Part shown: piece after piece, positions 25,538-37,228 of the stretch
How positions within the stretch are numbered: position 1 is the first letter of the stretch
How the letters are laid out: each line of letters opens with the position of its first letter
Assembly: GCA_032718475.1 (NCBI GenBank)
Contig: JAUCBJ010000238.1
Span: forward strand, 41,647 to 105,646
DNA from: Nemertoderma westbladi
Taxonomy: Eukaryota > Animalia > Xenacoelomorpha
Reading direction: 5' to 3'
DNA length: 64,000 nucleotides
Notes under the pieces: model-generated
Told to the model about the DNA's origin: nothing
Database searches by the model: none
The model's input: the letters and a program-made list of their open reading frames with translations, nothing else
Position numbers and translations under genes: made by a program

Positions 25538-26040
25538 TTATTGTTTTGTTATTTTGTGTTATTTATAATATTTATACATTAAATTTACGGTGGAAGTTCA
25601 TAATATTTCATTTTGTGTTCTTTGCTATTTACTTGCTTTGCTACTAGTGTTGCTATTTTAGGTTTAGGTTTTATTTCCCAGTCTTACATATTTTTCGTTT
25701 TGTTTACTTGTTTTTATTAATTCGCTTTTACTGGTGACTTGGCATACTTTTTGCTCCTTTAGATTTGTTTTTCATATTGTTTTTCTAATTTTATTATTTA
25801 GTTTTGAGCCAAATATTATTAGTTTTTACTAGGTTGCATCGATCGTTTGCATTAGCTATTCCCATACAAACTACAATTCGTACAAAACCATCAATATTCA
25901 ATATCATAATGTACCACCCTGTTTGTTTGTTTGGTATAGTTATGAAATAATTTGTATGTTTAATGTGTTTTACCATGTAACTTCTCTTTGCTAGCCTTGC
26001 CTAATATACCATTCTTCCTTAAACCTCTTGTGACAAATAT

Positions 26041-26815
26041 TCTATAACGTCCCAACCAGACTCAATAACGTCCCCTCCATCAATAACGTCACAACCAGAC
26101 TCAATAACGTCCCACCCTTACTAAATAACGTCCCTCTCGTACTCAATAAAGTAAAGTCCCCTCCATACTCAATAACGTCCCAACCAGACTCAATAACGTC
26201 CCAACCACACTCAATAACATACCACCCAGGGTCAATAACGTCCCAACCAGACTCAATAAAGTCCCAACCAGACTCAATAACGTCCCAACCATACTCAATA
26301 AAGTCCCAACCAGACTCAATAACGTCCCAACCATACCCAATAACGTTCCCTCCATAATCAATAACGTCCCAACCAGACTCAATAACGTCCCAACCAGACT
26401 CAATAACGTCCCAACCATACCCAATAACGTTCCCTCCATAATCAATAACGTCCCAACCAGACTCAATAACGTCCCAACCAGACTCAATAACGTCCCAACC
26501 ATACCCAATAACGTTCCCTCCATAATCAATAACGTCCCAACCAGACTCAATAACGTCCCAACCAGACTCAATAACGTCCCAACCATACCCAATAACGTTC
26601 CCTCCATAATCAATAACGTCCCAACCAGACTCAATAACGTCCCAACCAGACTCAATAACGTCCCAACCATACCCAATAACGTTCCCTCCATAATCAATAA
26701 CGTCCCAACCAGACTCAATAACGTCCCAACCAGACTCAATAACATCCCACCCATACTCAATAACATCCCCTCTTTACTCAATAACGTCCCCTCCATACCC
26801 AATAACGCTTCACCC
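26041..26815. repeat. 21-bp minisatellite (CTCAATAACGTCCCAACCAGA) with an 84-bp higher-order unit
   Basis: The minus-strand translation shows 7-aa and 28-aa periodicity. Confidence 0.95.
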
Positions 26816-26869
26816 AACTCACTACGTATATTCCATTATATAATTAATTATCAGCTACTTTTTTTCACC

Positions 26870-27250
26870 ATTGTGAGGCGAGCCACGAAGTCGTTCCTTA
26901 CAGAGCAGTACGGCCCCAATTGGCATGGTCTGTCTGTCTGTGTTTGTCTACCTGGTTCAATGCTTGAAGACCAATATCTCAGAAACGGCTTGTACTAATT
27001 TATTGAGATTTAGTACTAAGTGTCAGCAGTAGACGAAAAGTGTCGGCTGTAGACGAAACGTTTTGTAAAAAATTGCAGAGAATTTCTCTAGGAAGAGCGA
27101 CTTCCTAAATTCCTTCCAATTTAGGATGTAAGATACAGAATTTTCACACCGGATAATGCCTATTGGGGCTGTACGAAAAACTTACGCTAAGTTCCACAGA
27201 CATCGTGCATGTGAATCACATCAACGTGTACTGCTATATAATGTTAGTTG
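26870..27250. mobile_element. Short interspersed non-autonomous element containing a (GTCT)n tract (Helentron/DINE-like layout)
   Basis: GTCTGTCTGTCTGTG is followed by AATATCTCAGAAACGGCT. The layout resembles the element at 30.65 kb. Confidence 0.4.
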
Positions 27251-27333
27251 ATTCTTGAACGTAGTTTTTATTTTAACTATTTCCCTTGTGTTGTTGTCTG
27301 TAAATAAATTTACCTCAATGGTGTCTGCGCCTT

Positions 27334-27593
27334 GTGTAATCCCGTATGTAGTGTGACCCACTCCTATTTAGTGTAATTCCGTATGTTGTGTGACCCACTC
27401 CTATTTAGTGTAATTCCGCATGTTGTGTGACCCACTCCTATTTAGTGTAATTCCGTATGTTGTGTGACCCACTCCTATTTAGTGTAATTCCGTATGTTGT
27501 GTGACCCACTCCTATTTAGTGTAATCCCGTATGTATTGTGACCCCTCATATTTAGTGTAATCCTGTAGTGTGGCCAATCATATTTAGTGCAAT
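27334..27593. repeat. 37-bp tandem repeat, about 6-7 copies
   Basis: GTGTAATTCCGTATGTTGTGTGACCCACTCCTATTTA at 27371, 27408 and onward. Confidence 0.95.
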
Positions 27594-28328
27594 TCAATAG
27601 CCAGACTCGCCTTAAGATACCTTTTATTAATCATGACCGGACTTACTGTAGCTCAGTAACCAGTATACTTACCGTCTCCTGGTAGACTAGAAGTTATCAA
27701 ATCAAACAACCGAAGCCTCATCATAATTATATATTAACCTGATTTTTAATTTCTTAGCATTTCGTGTTTGTGTGTTGAACTCTTTTACCACTGTCGACTA
27801 ACTAAAGTTATTGTTTATTTAACTGTTGTAAATAAACCCATCGATTGTCACTCTGTTGTCGTTCATATAAATACTACCTGATTTCATATGATTTTTATCT
27901 CAGCTCGTTTTCTTATACTTACCGAAGTTAAATATTTCTAAATTTTTTGTTCGACCTAATAGACAGCAGCCTTACGCCTTACGTCTCCTTCACTTATTCC
28001 ATAATATATTTTCTCATGTTTTGTTGCAATTTTCGAATAATATTTATCATTCTGTGTAAGCCCTACTTATTAGGGCGTTAAAGAATATGTCACTGAATTT
28101 ATCTGGATTTCTGACCCCAATTTATTATCTATCGTTAAGTGTCTTTATTTGACAGACCACTTTGTCAAAACATAACACCCCACTCACCCCCCTTAAAATT
28201 ATACATCAAAGCTTTGCGCTGGGATAAAGATAGACCTCCGAAAATATCACAAGTTGAAAAGTACTGTTTACCCGATTCTTGGCACAAAAACAATAAAAGT
28301 GATTACATGGAGCTTATATACAAGACTT

Positions 28329-28532
28329 CTAGACCCCCAACCCCCGCCCCCTCATCCTATAACCCATCTGTAGACCCCCAACCCCCGCCCCCTCATCCTA
28401 TAACCCATCTGTAGACTCCCAACCCCGGCCCCCTTTATCCTATGACCCATCTCTAGAAGCCCAACACCCGCCTCCCTTATCCTATAACCCATTTCTAGAC
28501 CCCCGCCCCCTCATCCTATAACCCATCTCTAA
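28329..28532. repeat. ~41-bp C-rich tandem repeat, about 5 copies
   Basis: AGACCCCCAACCCCCGCCCCCTCATCCTATAACCCATCT at 28331, 28372 and onward. Confidence 0.9.
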
Positions 28533-29168
28533 ACCCTCTCTAAAGGTAAGGGTTTACGATTCAGTGGAATCAACTTTCATTTTAACTTTCTGTGTGACAT
28601 GTTTTTATAAACGCCGTTGTAATGATAGTTTAATTCGGTAGTGGTTCTCTCAATATCTAAGTTCACGTTCTCTCCATCAATCTGTACAGATAATTAATTT
28701 AATTGAAGGCATAATTAACTTCAGTTTTTAGTATTTTTCTCTTATTAATCATTCGCGCTATATTTTTATATTAATATTTGATAATGTTGACGTACTACTG
28801 TAAATGATAAAACCTATTAATCGTTGAATCAACGACCTCTTTTTTCATTATCACCTTATAAATTTGAAGTAGATAAAGTTTCCATCGGTACATTCAAACC
28901 GCTAGAATAATGGTGAAGAATAACAGCAGTGCGACCGACTGGGGCAATATCGATTGAGATACTTTTTTAAAACGCTCGCAGCTAAAGATTGAACTCAACC
29001 AGGTCAAATAACTAGAACGCCAGCAAGCTGGCTAGCCTTAATAAGACCGTCTATAACACAACAAAACAGAAAAAAACGAAATAATAATTCCCATCAAATG
29101 TAAACATCTCCCTCCAAGCTGTCACGGAGAAAGCAGAATTAATGTCACGCCCAACCAGTTCGCAACCC

Positions 29169-30067
29169 TGTACGGTACTTTGTTCCAAAATCGACGTTTG
29201 CGAACTTTGTACCAATGGGTAGCCAACTTTGTTCCAATAAATGCGAACTTTTTTCAAATGCTAACTTAGTTCCAATGAATGCGAACTTTGTTCCAATAAA
29301 TACGAACTTAGTTCCAATGCTTATTTGCGAACTTTGCGTGCGTGCGTGCGTTCATTGTAGCAACTGTAGTGCTTGCGAACTTAGTTCCAATGAATGCGAA
29401 CTTTGTTCCAATAAATACGAACTTTGTTCCAATAGTTGCGAACTTTGTTCCAATAGTTGCGAACTTTGTTCCAATTATGGAAGTTTACAATAAACGAAAT
29501 AAAGTTAATCAGGAAATGTTTTACCATTTATTAACCTAATGAAAGGAGCAATTGAGCGACAAGCAGAAGCTTATGAGATCCGTCTTGTAAGAGGATTATT
29601 GTTGTATTGTATAACTTACAGGTTTTTTTAATGAGTACCTTAGAATACCGGCATTATATCATATCAAAATATATACGGTCAACTATTTTTTACTTCAGTG
29701 TTGTAGACTAGTTTAGACTAAACACTCGAATTATTAGATATTAGAGTGCGAGGCGAAGCGAGGCGGAACGTGCGAAGCCACACGGTGGTGTATGGTGTAG
29801 GGTAGGCGTCTTGCCTCACACTATAGGCTTAATGATAGTTATGGACTAGAACACTGAAGGAAATTGTTGGTACTGAATCTATTCGTAATCGTAATATCTT
29901 GTTGTTATGCCGGTATTCTTATGTTAGTTATTAAAAACCTATGGGGTGGGATTCATTGGAACAAAGTTCGCATCGTATTGGAACAAAGTTCGTAACTATT
30001 GGAACAAAGTTCGCATCCCATTGGAGCAAAGTTCGCAAAAGTAGGTTTTGGAACAAAGTACCGTACA
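29169..30067. mobile_element. Non-autonomous DNA transposon with 22-bp TIRs and arrays of ~21-bp subterminal repeats
   Basis: TGTACGGTACTTTGTTCCAAAA at 29169 and TTTTGGAACAAAGTACCGTACA ending at 30067. GCGAACTTTGTTCCAAT repeats occur in opposite orientation at the two ends. Confidence 0.9.
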
Positions 30068-30653
30068 CGCTAACAGTCTTCTACTGTAATAATATACCAC
30101 TTAACTATTCCTAAACCACAGGACACAATAATTTAGCACTTTAAGTAGAAGACCGTTAGGACTTCTTACTGTAAAAGTATTCACTATGTATCTGTATATA
30201 GGGTGAACTCCTCCAAAGCTATAGCTCGTCCGTCAATGAAACTTATATCAATCGACGCAGCTCAAACCCAGGATGTGTAAAAAAAAGTTTCGAAAAAAAT
30301 TATTAAAGTGTCTTTTTTTATTTCGAAAAATAGCCGGAAAACACGAAAATTGCCATCAACTCAACGATATAAACACCAGCTGCTGGTGCTCATGGCGGGC
30401 CTAGTAAAGCTACTACTATTGATTGAAATGGCTAGGCCCAAACTGCAGAGAAGTATATTATTTGCCAATAAGTTTATTACTATCTCACTCTATCCCAGAC
30501 AGAAAGCAAACATTGTAATGTATTAGCCAGCCAGCTGAATAGCTCTTCCCAGAGAATCCTATGGGAATATCTAATGGGTTACTCACTGCTATGTTAGGTG
30601 GGACACAAGCTGATTGAATTATAAGCACTGGGCCGTTCAAATGTGGGGCGAGA

Positions 30654-31235
30654 CACGTAGTCGGCGAGCCTTTGCATACGGTTCATATAGGGCAAATGGG
30701 GCATGTCCGTCTGTCTGTCCGTCCGTCCGTCTGTCTGGTAAATGTTTGAACGCGAATTTCTCGGCATCGCTCGTTCGGAATTGAACCAAACTTAGTAGGT
30801 AAGTAGTAGAGAGAAAGTTTAGAAAGTTTGTAAAGTTTGGTCAAAAATCATGCAGTCTGACGTCAGCTACGACAGATTATGTGGTTTTTAGAAAATGTTA
30901 AATTTCTCGGGAAGGCCTCATTTTCCTGAGCTGAAATTTTGGTGGCCTGTAGAGAATCATGAGGTCTATCTTTTACGAAATTGAAAAGTTAAGACATTTA
31001 ATTGGGGATCCGCTAGAGACTCAGAAGTAATGACATAGGCCTACCGGTACGGTACTGCTGTACAGTGCTGCACTGGTAAGTACGAAATTGCAGAATAACA
31101 ATTTGACACCACCTAGCGGATTAACATATGATTGTATATCGAATGAATACATTTATAGCATGGGATATGGGGTCCAAACTAGACATGCCCCATTTGCTCT
31201 ATATGAACCGTATGCCAAGGCTTGCCGACTACGTG
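30654..31235. mobile_element. MITE-like element with ~54-bp inverted repeats and an internal (GTCY)n tract
   Basis: CACGTAGTCGGCGAGCCTTTGCATACGGTTCATATAGGGCAAATGGGGCATGTC (30654-30707) pairs with GACATGCCCCATTTGCTCTATATGAACCGTATGCCAAGGCTTGCCGACTACGTG (31182-31235). Confidence 0.85.
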
Positions 31236-31869
31236 CTGCGCGAAGTCCCCACGAACGTGTTTTATAGGTTAATAATAATGACATTTAGGGGCTGGGATAT
31301 CTCTCTCTTAAACTGTAAGCAAAGCTGTTCGATGGGGTGAGGGACCCAACTGCACTACGTTTGTCTTATTGCCGCCAGCTTGTTGGCTTTTAGTTATATT
31401 ACAGCCATACCCATACAAGTGTAAAAATTAAGCTCTGTGGCCTGTACATTTCCGTATAAAATTATATAAAATAAGCTTCTTGCCGTCAAAAAATATATGT
31501 TTGTTTGTTGGTCTGTGTGTGTGCGTGCACATTGATATTGGCTTGGAAGAGAACGTGTTCCACATGTTGGGATATCAAGTATTCTTGCAGCTTTAACTCT
31601 GTCTTCGTTCAATCTAATATTCCACTAACAATCAGTCAGCTATAATCACAACAGCTCTGCCGTGCAATGTAAAAAGACTATGTAATGTTATAATCGAGAA
31701 CACCGTATCTACTCTAGTTCTTAAGATATGCAATGTAGAAAGGCCGTAAGTCAACAAATGTATAGTGTTACAAAGGTAAAAGACCGTAAGTGCAATACAA
31801 AAGACCGCAACTAATTAAATTTATGCAAAAAACCGAAGTCTCAAGACTTGCGGTGTTTTGTCATTGCCT

Positions 31870-32365
31870 ACTGGCTCCAGAAGTCGAGTCGAGGAAATCC
31901 TGCCAAGCACCTAACTGATCTAGACTTTGCTGATGACTTAGGAGTACTCTCGAAATCACTAGAGGGAGCCCAACGGCTCCTCAGCTCATTAGAACATGCT
32001 GCTTCTAGTGTTGGTCTTTTTATTAACTCCAGAAAGACCAAAATTTTGACAGTTAACTTTGAAAGTCCTCAGCAAGTCTCTGATCGGATGAGCATAAGCT
32101 CAAAGGATGGTATGCTTGAGCAAGGGAAAGGCATGGGCAACCTTGAATAGGCTTTCCAGGATTTGGAAGTCACCGAGAATTAATCGGAAACTTAAGGTCC
32201 GATTATTTAGAGCAGCAGTAGTTCCAGTACTCCTCTACGGGAGTCCATGCTGGGCTCTAACTGCTGAGGACACCAAATCTCTGGATGGCACATTCACAAG
32301 AATGCTACGCCGGGTTCATTGTGTCAAGTACAATGCACACATCTCCAACCAGACACTATCTCCAA
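31870..32365 (+). mobile_element. RTE-like LINE fragment of the same family as 21.3 kb, with an internal deletion
   Basis: It contains the LTDLDFADD RT core and is nearly identical to the reverse complement of 21620-22054, but lacks the VDDFCYLGS segment. Confidence 0.93.
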
Positions 32366-32620
32366 CCAGACAACCGCCCCCCAGTTCTGAGTTTTTAGGA
32401 ACTTATCGCCCTCGAGTCTTTTCGCCACCGAGTCTTTACCGCCGCTGGTCCTTTATGGCCCCTGTCATTATATACAGGATACTTTCCCCCAACTTTCTCA
32501 TACTTCCTCTTGTGGAGGGGTAGGCCTACAGACAGGTATAATACGAATGGAAGTAATTGGCGAATGTGAAATTATGGCTACATATAAATAAATTATATCA
32601 GTTATTTGTTTATTGGTTTA

Positions 32621-32799
32621 GGCCGCGTTCACACTACCGAGTCAAAGTCAAAATAAAATAAATATAGCTAGCTAGCAATAATAAATAATAATACATAGGC
32701 CTAATATAATACATAAGGGCATTCTAGAAAAAATTAAATTTCTTGTGATGTGTTTTACATGTTGTCTTTTGACTTTGACTCGGTAGTATTAATGCGGTC
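32621..32799. mobile_element. PIF/Harbinger-type MITE
   Basis: TIRs GGCCGCGTTCACACTACCGAGTCAAAGTCAAAA and TTTTGACTTTGACTCGGTAGTATTAATGCGGTC, flanked by TTA on both sides. Confidence 0.85.
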
Positions 32800-32914
32800 T
32801 TAGACAGAATTGCTAAATTTACGAAATACCTCCAGTTTTACATTTCAGTATAAATAAGTTTATTGTTATTTGTCAGTGAACGAATTCATATTGATTATCT
32901 CTATATCCATTACT

Positions 32915-34078
32915 TTAATCTGAACTGCTTTGAGTGTTTTCGTCAACGTCAAAAACTCGTTCTGGTAAATAAAAATCATCGGAATCTGTTGGCTCTGCAT
33001 CACAAACACGACGAAATGGTGGTTTCATATCCGTGAAAACTTGTAGATTTTCTAGTAGATTTATCATCCCAAAACACCCTCTCTTGGTCCCAGCTAGAGT
33101 GTCGAGTATTTTTTCAATGTGGCTCTGAAATAATTTACACACTGCTTGGCATCTATCAGTAGTGTTTGGCAAACATCTACTACTCTCAACATGATCCCTG
33201 AAACATCCAACCACCACATTGCCAACCATGTAACGAAGTTCACTATTGTACGCCGCGATGTTAAGCGGGAGGACACTGAAGTCTACTAAATTGTCGATAA
33301 ACTTCTCTAATAAATCAGGATTGAGCGTAAATTTGTAAGACATCTGATATAAGTCGCTGTGACCGAATCCGAATGTTTCAACCCAGTTCACTGCAGCCCT
33401 AAGTAGGTTGGGAACGTGACTTCCATCATCAGCTGTGTACAATTTATCCAAATCAAACATAAATTTCCTTGCACATAATTTAATTCGACTTGCGTCTTCT
33501 CTCGCTTCACTCTCGCTAACACTTCCCGTTGGCGAATATAAATGGGTTTTCTTTGTTTTAAAGAATTTCCACTCGATTATTCCATGATCCCCAAAAGCTA
33601 CAACCATTGAGTCTACCTCACTCTCGTTCATAAAATAAAACACAACTTCTACTTCGTATGGAAGCGGTTCTTTAACGAAGACTTTAAGCTTCTGTGTTGA
33701 CATTCGTTGATAACCTATGCCCGTAAACGAAACTTTTTGAATCACTCTTTCACTACTGTGACTTAACAATTCTAAAACGAGATATTTCTCGTCTTTCAGT
33801 ATAACTTTCGACAAGAAATAATCTCGTGTCACCTTATCTGAATCCCCGTTATCTTCTTGAGTAATTTTAACACTAAGTTGTATTACAATTTTATCAAATA
33901 TTGTAGAAGAGGCGTCTCCTTGTAGTACCTTATCGATTCTTATATTTTTATGAATTTTCTGTAGTTCCTCTTTTTCGCTGTCGTTTATCCAACCCGACGC
34001 TAGATGGCGTTCGTTAGGGTACGCGTCCACAAACGGATTAAGAAAATCCCTTATAGGTATTGAATAAATCGATTCCAT
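32915..34078 (-). CDS. 387-aa intronless protein with a divergent RhoGAP-like C-terminal half, predicted catalytically inactive
   Basis: An intact ATG-to-stop ORF in AT-rich DNA, with AATAAA (minus strand, 32859-32864) about 50 nt past the stop. FMFDLDKLYTADDGSHVPNLLRAAVNWVETFGFGHSDLYQMS resembles the RhoGAP start FGxxL...VPxxLxxCVxxIExxG....GLYRxS. The ORF itself is well supported; the domain call is moderate. Confidence 0.65.
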   Translation of the reverse strand: MESIYSIPIRDFLNPFVDAYPNERHLASGWINDSEKEELQKIHKNIRIDKVLQGDASSTIFDKIVIQLSVKITQEDNGDSDKVTRDYFLSKVILKDEKYLVLELLSHSSERVIQKVSFTGIGYQRMSTQKLKVFVKEPLPYEVEVVFYFMNESEVDSMVVAFGDHGIIEWKFFKTKKTHLYSPTGSVSESEAREDASRIKLCARKFMFDLDKLYTADDGSHVPNLLRAAVNWVETFGFGHSDLYQMSYKFTLNPDLLEKFIDNLVDFSVLPLNIAAYNSELRYMVGNVVVGCFRDHVESSRCLPNTTDRCQAVCKLFQSHIEKILDTLAGTKRGCFGMINLLENLQVFTDMKPPFRRVCDAEPTDSDDFYLPERVFDVDENTQSSSD

Positions 34079-34274
34079 TACGATAATTTAATTGTTGCCG
34101 TAATTTGATACTCAATAATTATATTATTTTCGGGCAGGTACGATTATAGGCCTATAATGATTATTATTAGATTATATTAAAAACGATATTAAATAAGATT
34201 TTATAAAATTGAAGTTAAAATTGAGAGAAAACCATTTTTACTACTCAACTGTTTTCAAAAATACACCTTATAAA

Positions 34275-34544
34275 AACGCCTCCGCTTTTCAGGACATTGC
34301 TTTCGCCGTGATGACCAGCCAGTGCATAATCTTGTACTTTGGCAGCCTCATGGAGTGAATAAGCATGGTGGACAGCCCATGACTTTCTTGAGACGCATCT
34401 TAAAGGACACTGGCCTTGAAGATGCGGATGATCTAGCAAATGTCATGGGTGATAGGGAGTTTTGGCGGCGCAATTTTGTCGACAAGCCGGCACAGCATTC
34501 TTAAAAATGCAGCTGCAATGCAGCATGCCGATCGTAGTAGTAGT
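34275..34544 (+). mobile_element. 3' end of the RTE-like LINE with (TAG)n tail
   Basis: It matches the 21.3-kb and 59.1-kb copies and ends GCATGCCGATCGTAGTAGTAG. Confidence 0.92.
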
Positions 34545-34700
34545 TATAATAACACTAACTGTGGCTGCAACAATAATATCGCAGGTCGTCCAACCATATT
34601 CCAGAGAATCAAAACAGCCAAAAAATCAGTAAACAAAAATGCAAAACTAATGCAAACTTCTTACTCAGCGGATTTTGGGGTTTATTCGAGCGAAAAAGTA

Positions 34701-35509
34701 GGTACTTTTGCACTTTAGGTCCCCACCACCCAGATTTTTTTATATCAAGGAAACATAATATTATTATGTTCTAGAATATGAATAGCATTATCTGAGAACA
34801 TTTTTATGTATTCAGTTTAACATTTTTAATAAAAGCAGTAGCCTAAAATGAACTCTATTCGTGAGCTCATTTACCACACTAGTTCACTTGAAAAAACTTT
34901 AAATTGGTGTCGGGATAATTGTTTAATATATTCGGCTAAGGATTGTTCATCATGTGGCAATCAGATGCAATTAAGATCAAAGACCGTTATAGATGGCGAC
35001 TTTTTTATGGTAGCTAACACAGTTACTTTTTACTACCTAGAACTTTTTGAAATTAAATAAAAAAAACTAGCTAGTAAAAAAAACACTAGCTAGTAGCTAC
35101 CATAACAAAATATCTAATATAAGAACATTCACCTGGAACTATTCAGGAAAATATGCCCCCGTTTCCGAAAAAGAAAGAACATAAATAAAATAAAAAGTAT
35201 AATGTTCTAGAACATATAGCTAGTTTTTTATTTAATTTTAAAATAGCTAGTAAATTTAAAAAGGTAGATGCAGTTTAGATATAGATGCAAAGTGCTGTTC
35301 CTAGATTTAACGCTTGACTATTTTAAATAAAAATAAATAAATAAACCTTTTTGTTTTGGGTTAGGGTTGATCGGGGGTGCAACATAATCTAACATTTTTT
35401 ATACCAAAAATGTTACTAGATAGTCACACTAACCTTGTAGTAGTGTAATTTGCATAAAAAACACACACAAAAAAAATCTAGGGGTGGGGACCTAAAGTGC
35501 AAAAGTACC
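34701..35509 (+). mobile_element. Internally deleted Merlin (IS1016/IS1595-like) DNA transposon
   Basis: TIRs GGTACTTTTGCACTTTAGGTCCCCACC and GGTGGGGACCTAAAGTGCAAAAGTACC, with 8-bp TSD AAAAAGTA (34693-34700, 35510-35517). The ORF remnant 34848-35060 (LNWCRDNCLI...CSSCGNQMQL...DG) resembles the N-terminal zinc ribbon of Merlin transposases. Confidence 0.9.
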
Positions 35510-35636
35510 AAAAAGTAACGATTAAGAATAAAATTACGTATTACATGGGAAAAAAACGTAGAACATCTTTTTAATATGTAATCTTGATCTACAGTAGCTA
35601 GAAAATTCTAGCTTCTGGCCTACCATGGCCTACTAT

Positions 35637-36599
35637 ATATACGGCCTAACATGATGTCGATTTGGCTTTAAAAAAAGAGGCCAGTTTTTTTACACTATTT
35701 TGATATGGGGAGAGTTCTATAAATTTTCATTTGCTGCAATTTGGTCAACGGTCGTAATTGAAGTCGCCTCGTTACGGAAGATACTAAATTTTATGGTAGC
35801 TAGTGTTTTAGATAGGTTTAGCTAGTAATTTCAACACTGGTTCCGACATCCTACTTCCCTCTATAGATATTTTATAGTAGCTAGTTCTTATTACTATTTG
35901 TATAGAAAATGTTCCAGAACATGTTACTTTTCATTTTAAGAAAAAATCACGTTCTACAACGAATATTTTTGGTTCTAGAACATTTTTTAGAAAAAAATCT
36001 AGATTCTATTTAAAACGCATGGAATCGTTCTAAAACGTGTTTAAAATAAAAAAAAAAAATTTTTTCAAAAAATTTTATTCACAATATTTTTTTTCACAAT
36101 TTTTTTTATTGATTTTAAACTTTTTTTTTTTTTTTTTTTAAATAAATTAAATCAAATATAGTAAAATAATTATCACCCGCTTTGACACCCGACAATTAAG
36201 TAATACTGGGATTGTTCATTTAGCTAATTAATTTTAAACACGTTATAGAACGATTCCATGCGTTTTAAACAGAATCCAGATTTCTTTCTAAAAAATGTTC
36301 TAGAACAAAAAAATTTGTTCTAGAACATATTTTTTTAAAAAATTAATAGCTAACATGTTCTGGAACATTTTACAAAATATTTATAGAGGGAAGTAGGATG
36401 TTGGAACCAGTGTTGAAATCACTAGCTAAACCTACCTAAAACACTAGCTACCATAAAATTTAGTATCTTGCTTAACGAAGATTACGTCCTTTGACCAAAT
36501 TGCAGCAAATGAAAATTTATAGAACTCTTCACATATCAAAATAGTGTAAAAAAGTGGCCTCTTTTTTTAGTCCAAATCGACAACATGTTAGGCCGTATA
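35637..36599. mobile_element. Foldback-like element with ~370-400-bp inverted arms
   Basis: TATACGGCCTAACATGATGTCGATTTGG... (35637 to ~36045) is the diverged reverse complement of ~36232-36599 (...CCAAATCGACAACATGTTAGGCCGTATA). Confidence 0.9.
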
Positions 36600-37228
36600 C
36601 ATACACCATGACCCGTAATATAGTGTCATTTTCAGATGACACGGGCCACACCCCCCCCCCCCCCCCAGATTTTTCTACAAGTCTTTATCATATTACTTGA
36701 AATTTGAAACACAACTAGTTCCACTCACCGTCGATGACCCCATGAAGCCGGAATTTTCGATTTTACCTTTAAATTTTTTTTATAAGCGTTTTAAAAAAGT
36801 GTCTCCTCCGTATCGTGGCCATTCTTCACATGAGTCGTAACATATAAGTCATATCATTAAAAAGCTTGCGTTGCAAGGATTCCAAATATGTAACAATATC
36901 TGAATTTCGTTGAGAAACAACTGAGATATACGCGTTCAAAGATTGCAAGAATTATCGTTCGCTGCAGGCCATTTATTCTATTTAATAAATACACAAAATT
37001 CTAGAATGTGATATTTATTTTATAAGTTGGTTGGCAACAGCGGTATTTGTTCTAGAACAATTTAAAAAAAATTTAAAAAATTAATGTACTATTTTTATTT
37101 TTTAATAATGTTCTAGAACATGTTAGCTATTCAGAACTAGAAAAAAAAAGTTCAAGAACAAATAGTTTTTGTTCTAGAACAGTTCAAAAAATATAAAGAT
37201 TTTTTTTTTAAATTTTACTTAGAATTTG

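Noticed and set aside
26143-26817. 224-aa hydrophobic LLS/LVGT repeat ORF
   Set aside because: It is the 21-bp minisatellite read in frame from a TTG start, with no unique sequence.
18668-27593. CRISPR-like appearance of the 23-, 21- and 37-bp repeats
   Set aside because: They are head-to-tail repeats without unique spacers, there are no cas genes, and the context is eukaryotic.
29215-29539. Cys-rich metallothionein-like ORF (CELCSN)n
   Set aside because: It is a translation of the 21-bp subterminal repeats of the TIR element.
36602-36670. Possible transposon terminus TACACCATGACCCG...
   Set aside because: No matching inverted end or TSD was found in the window.
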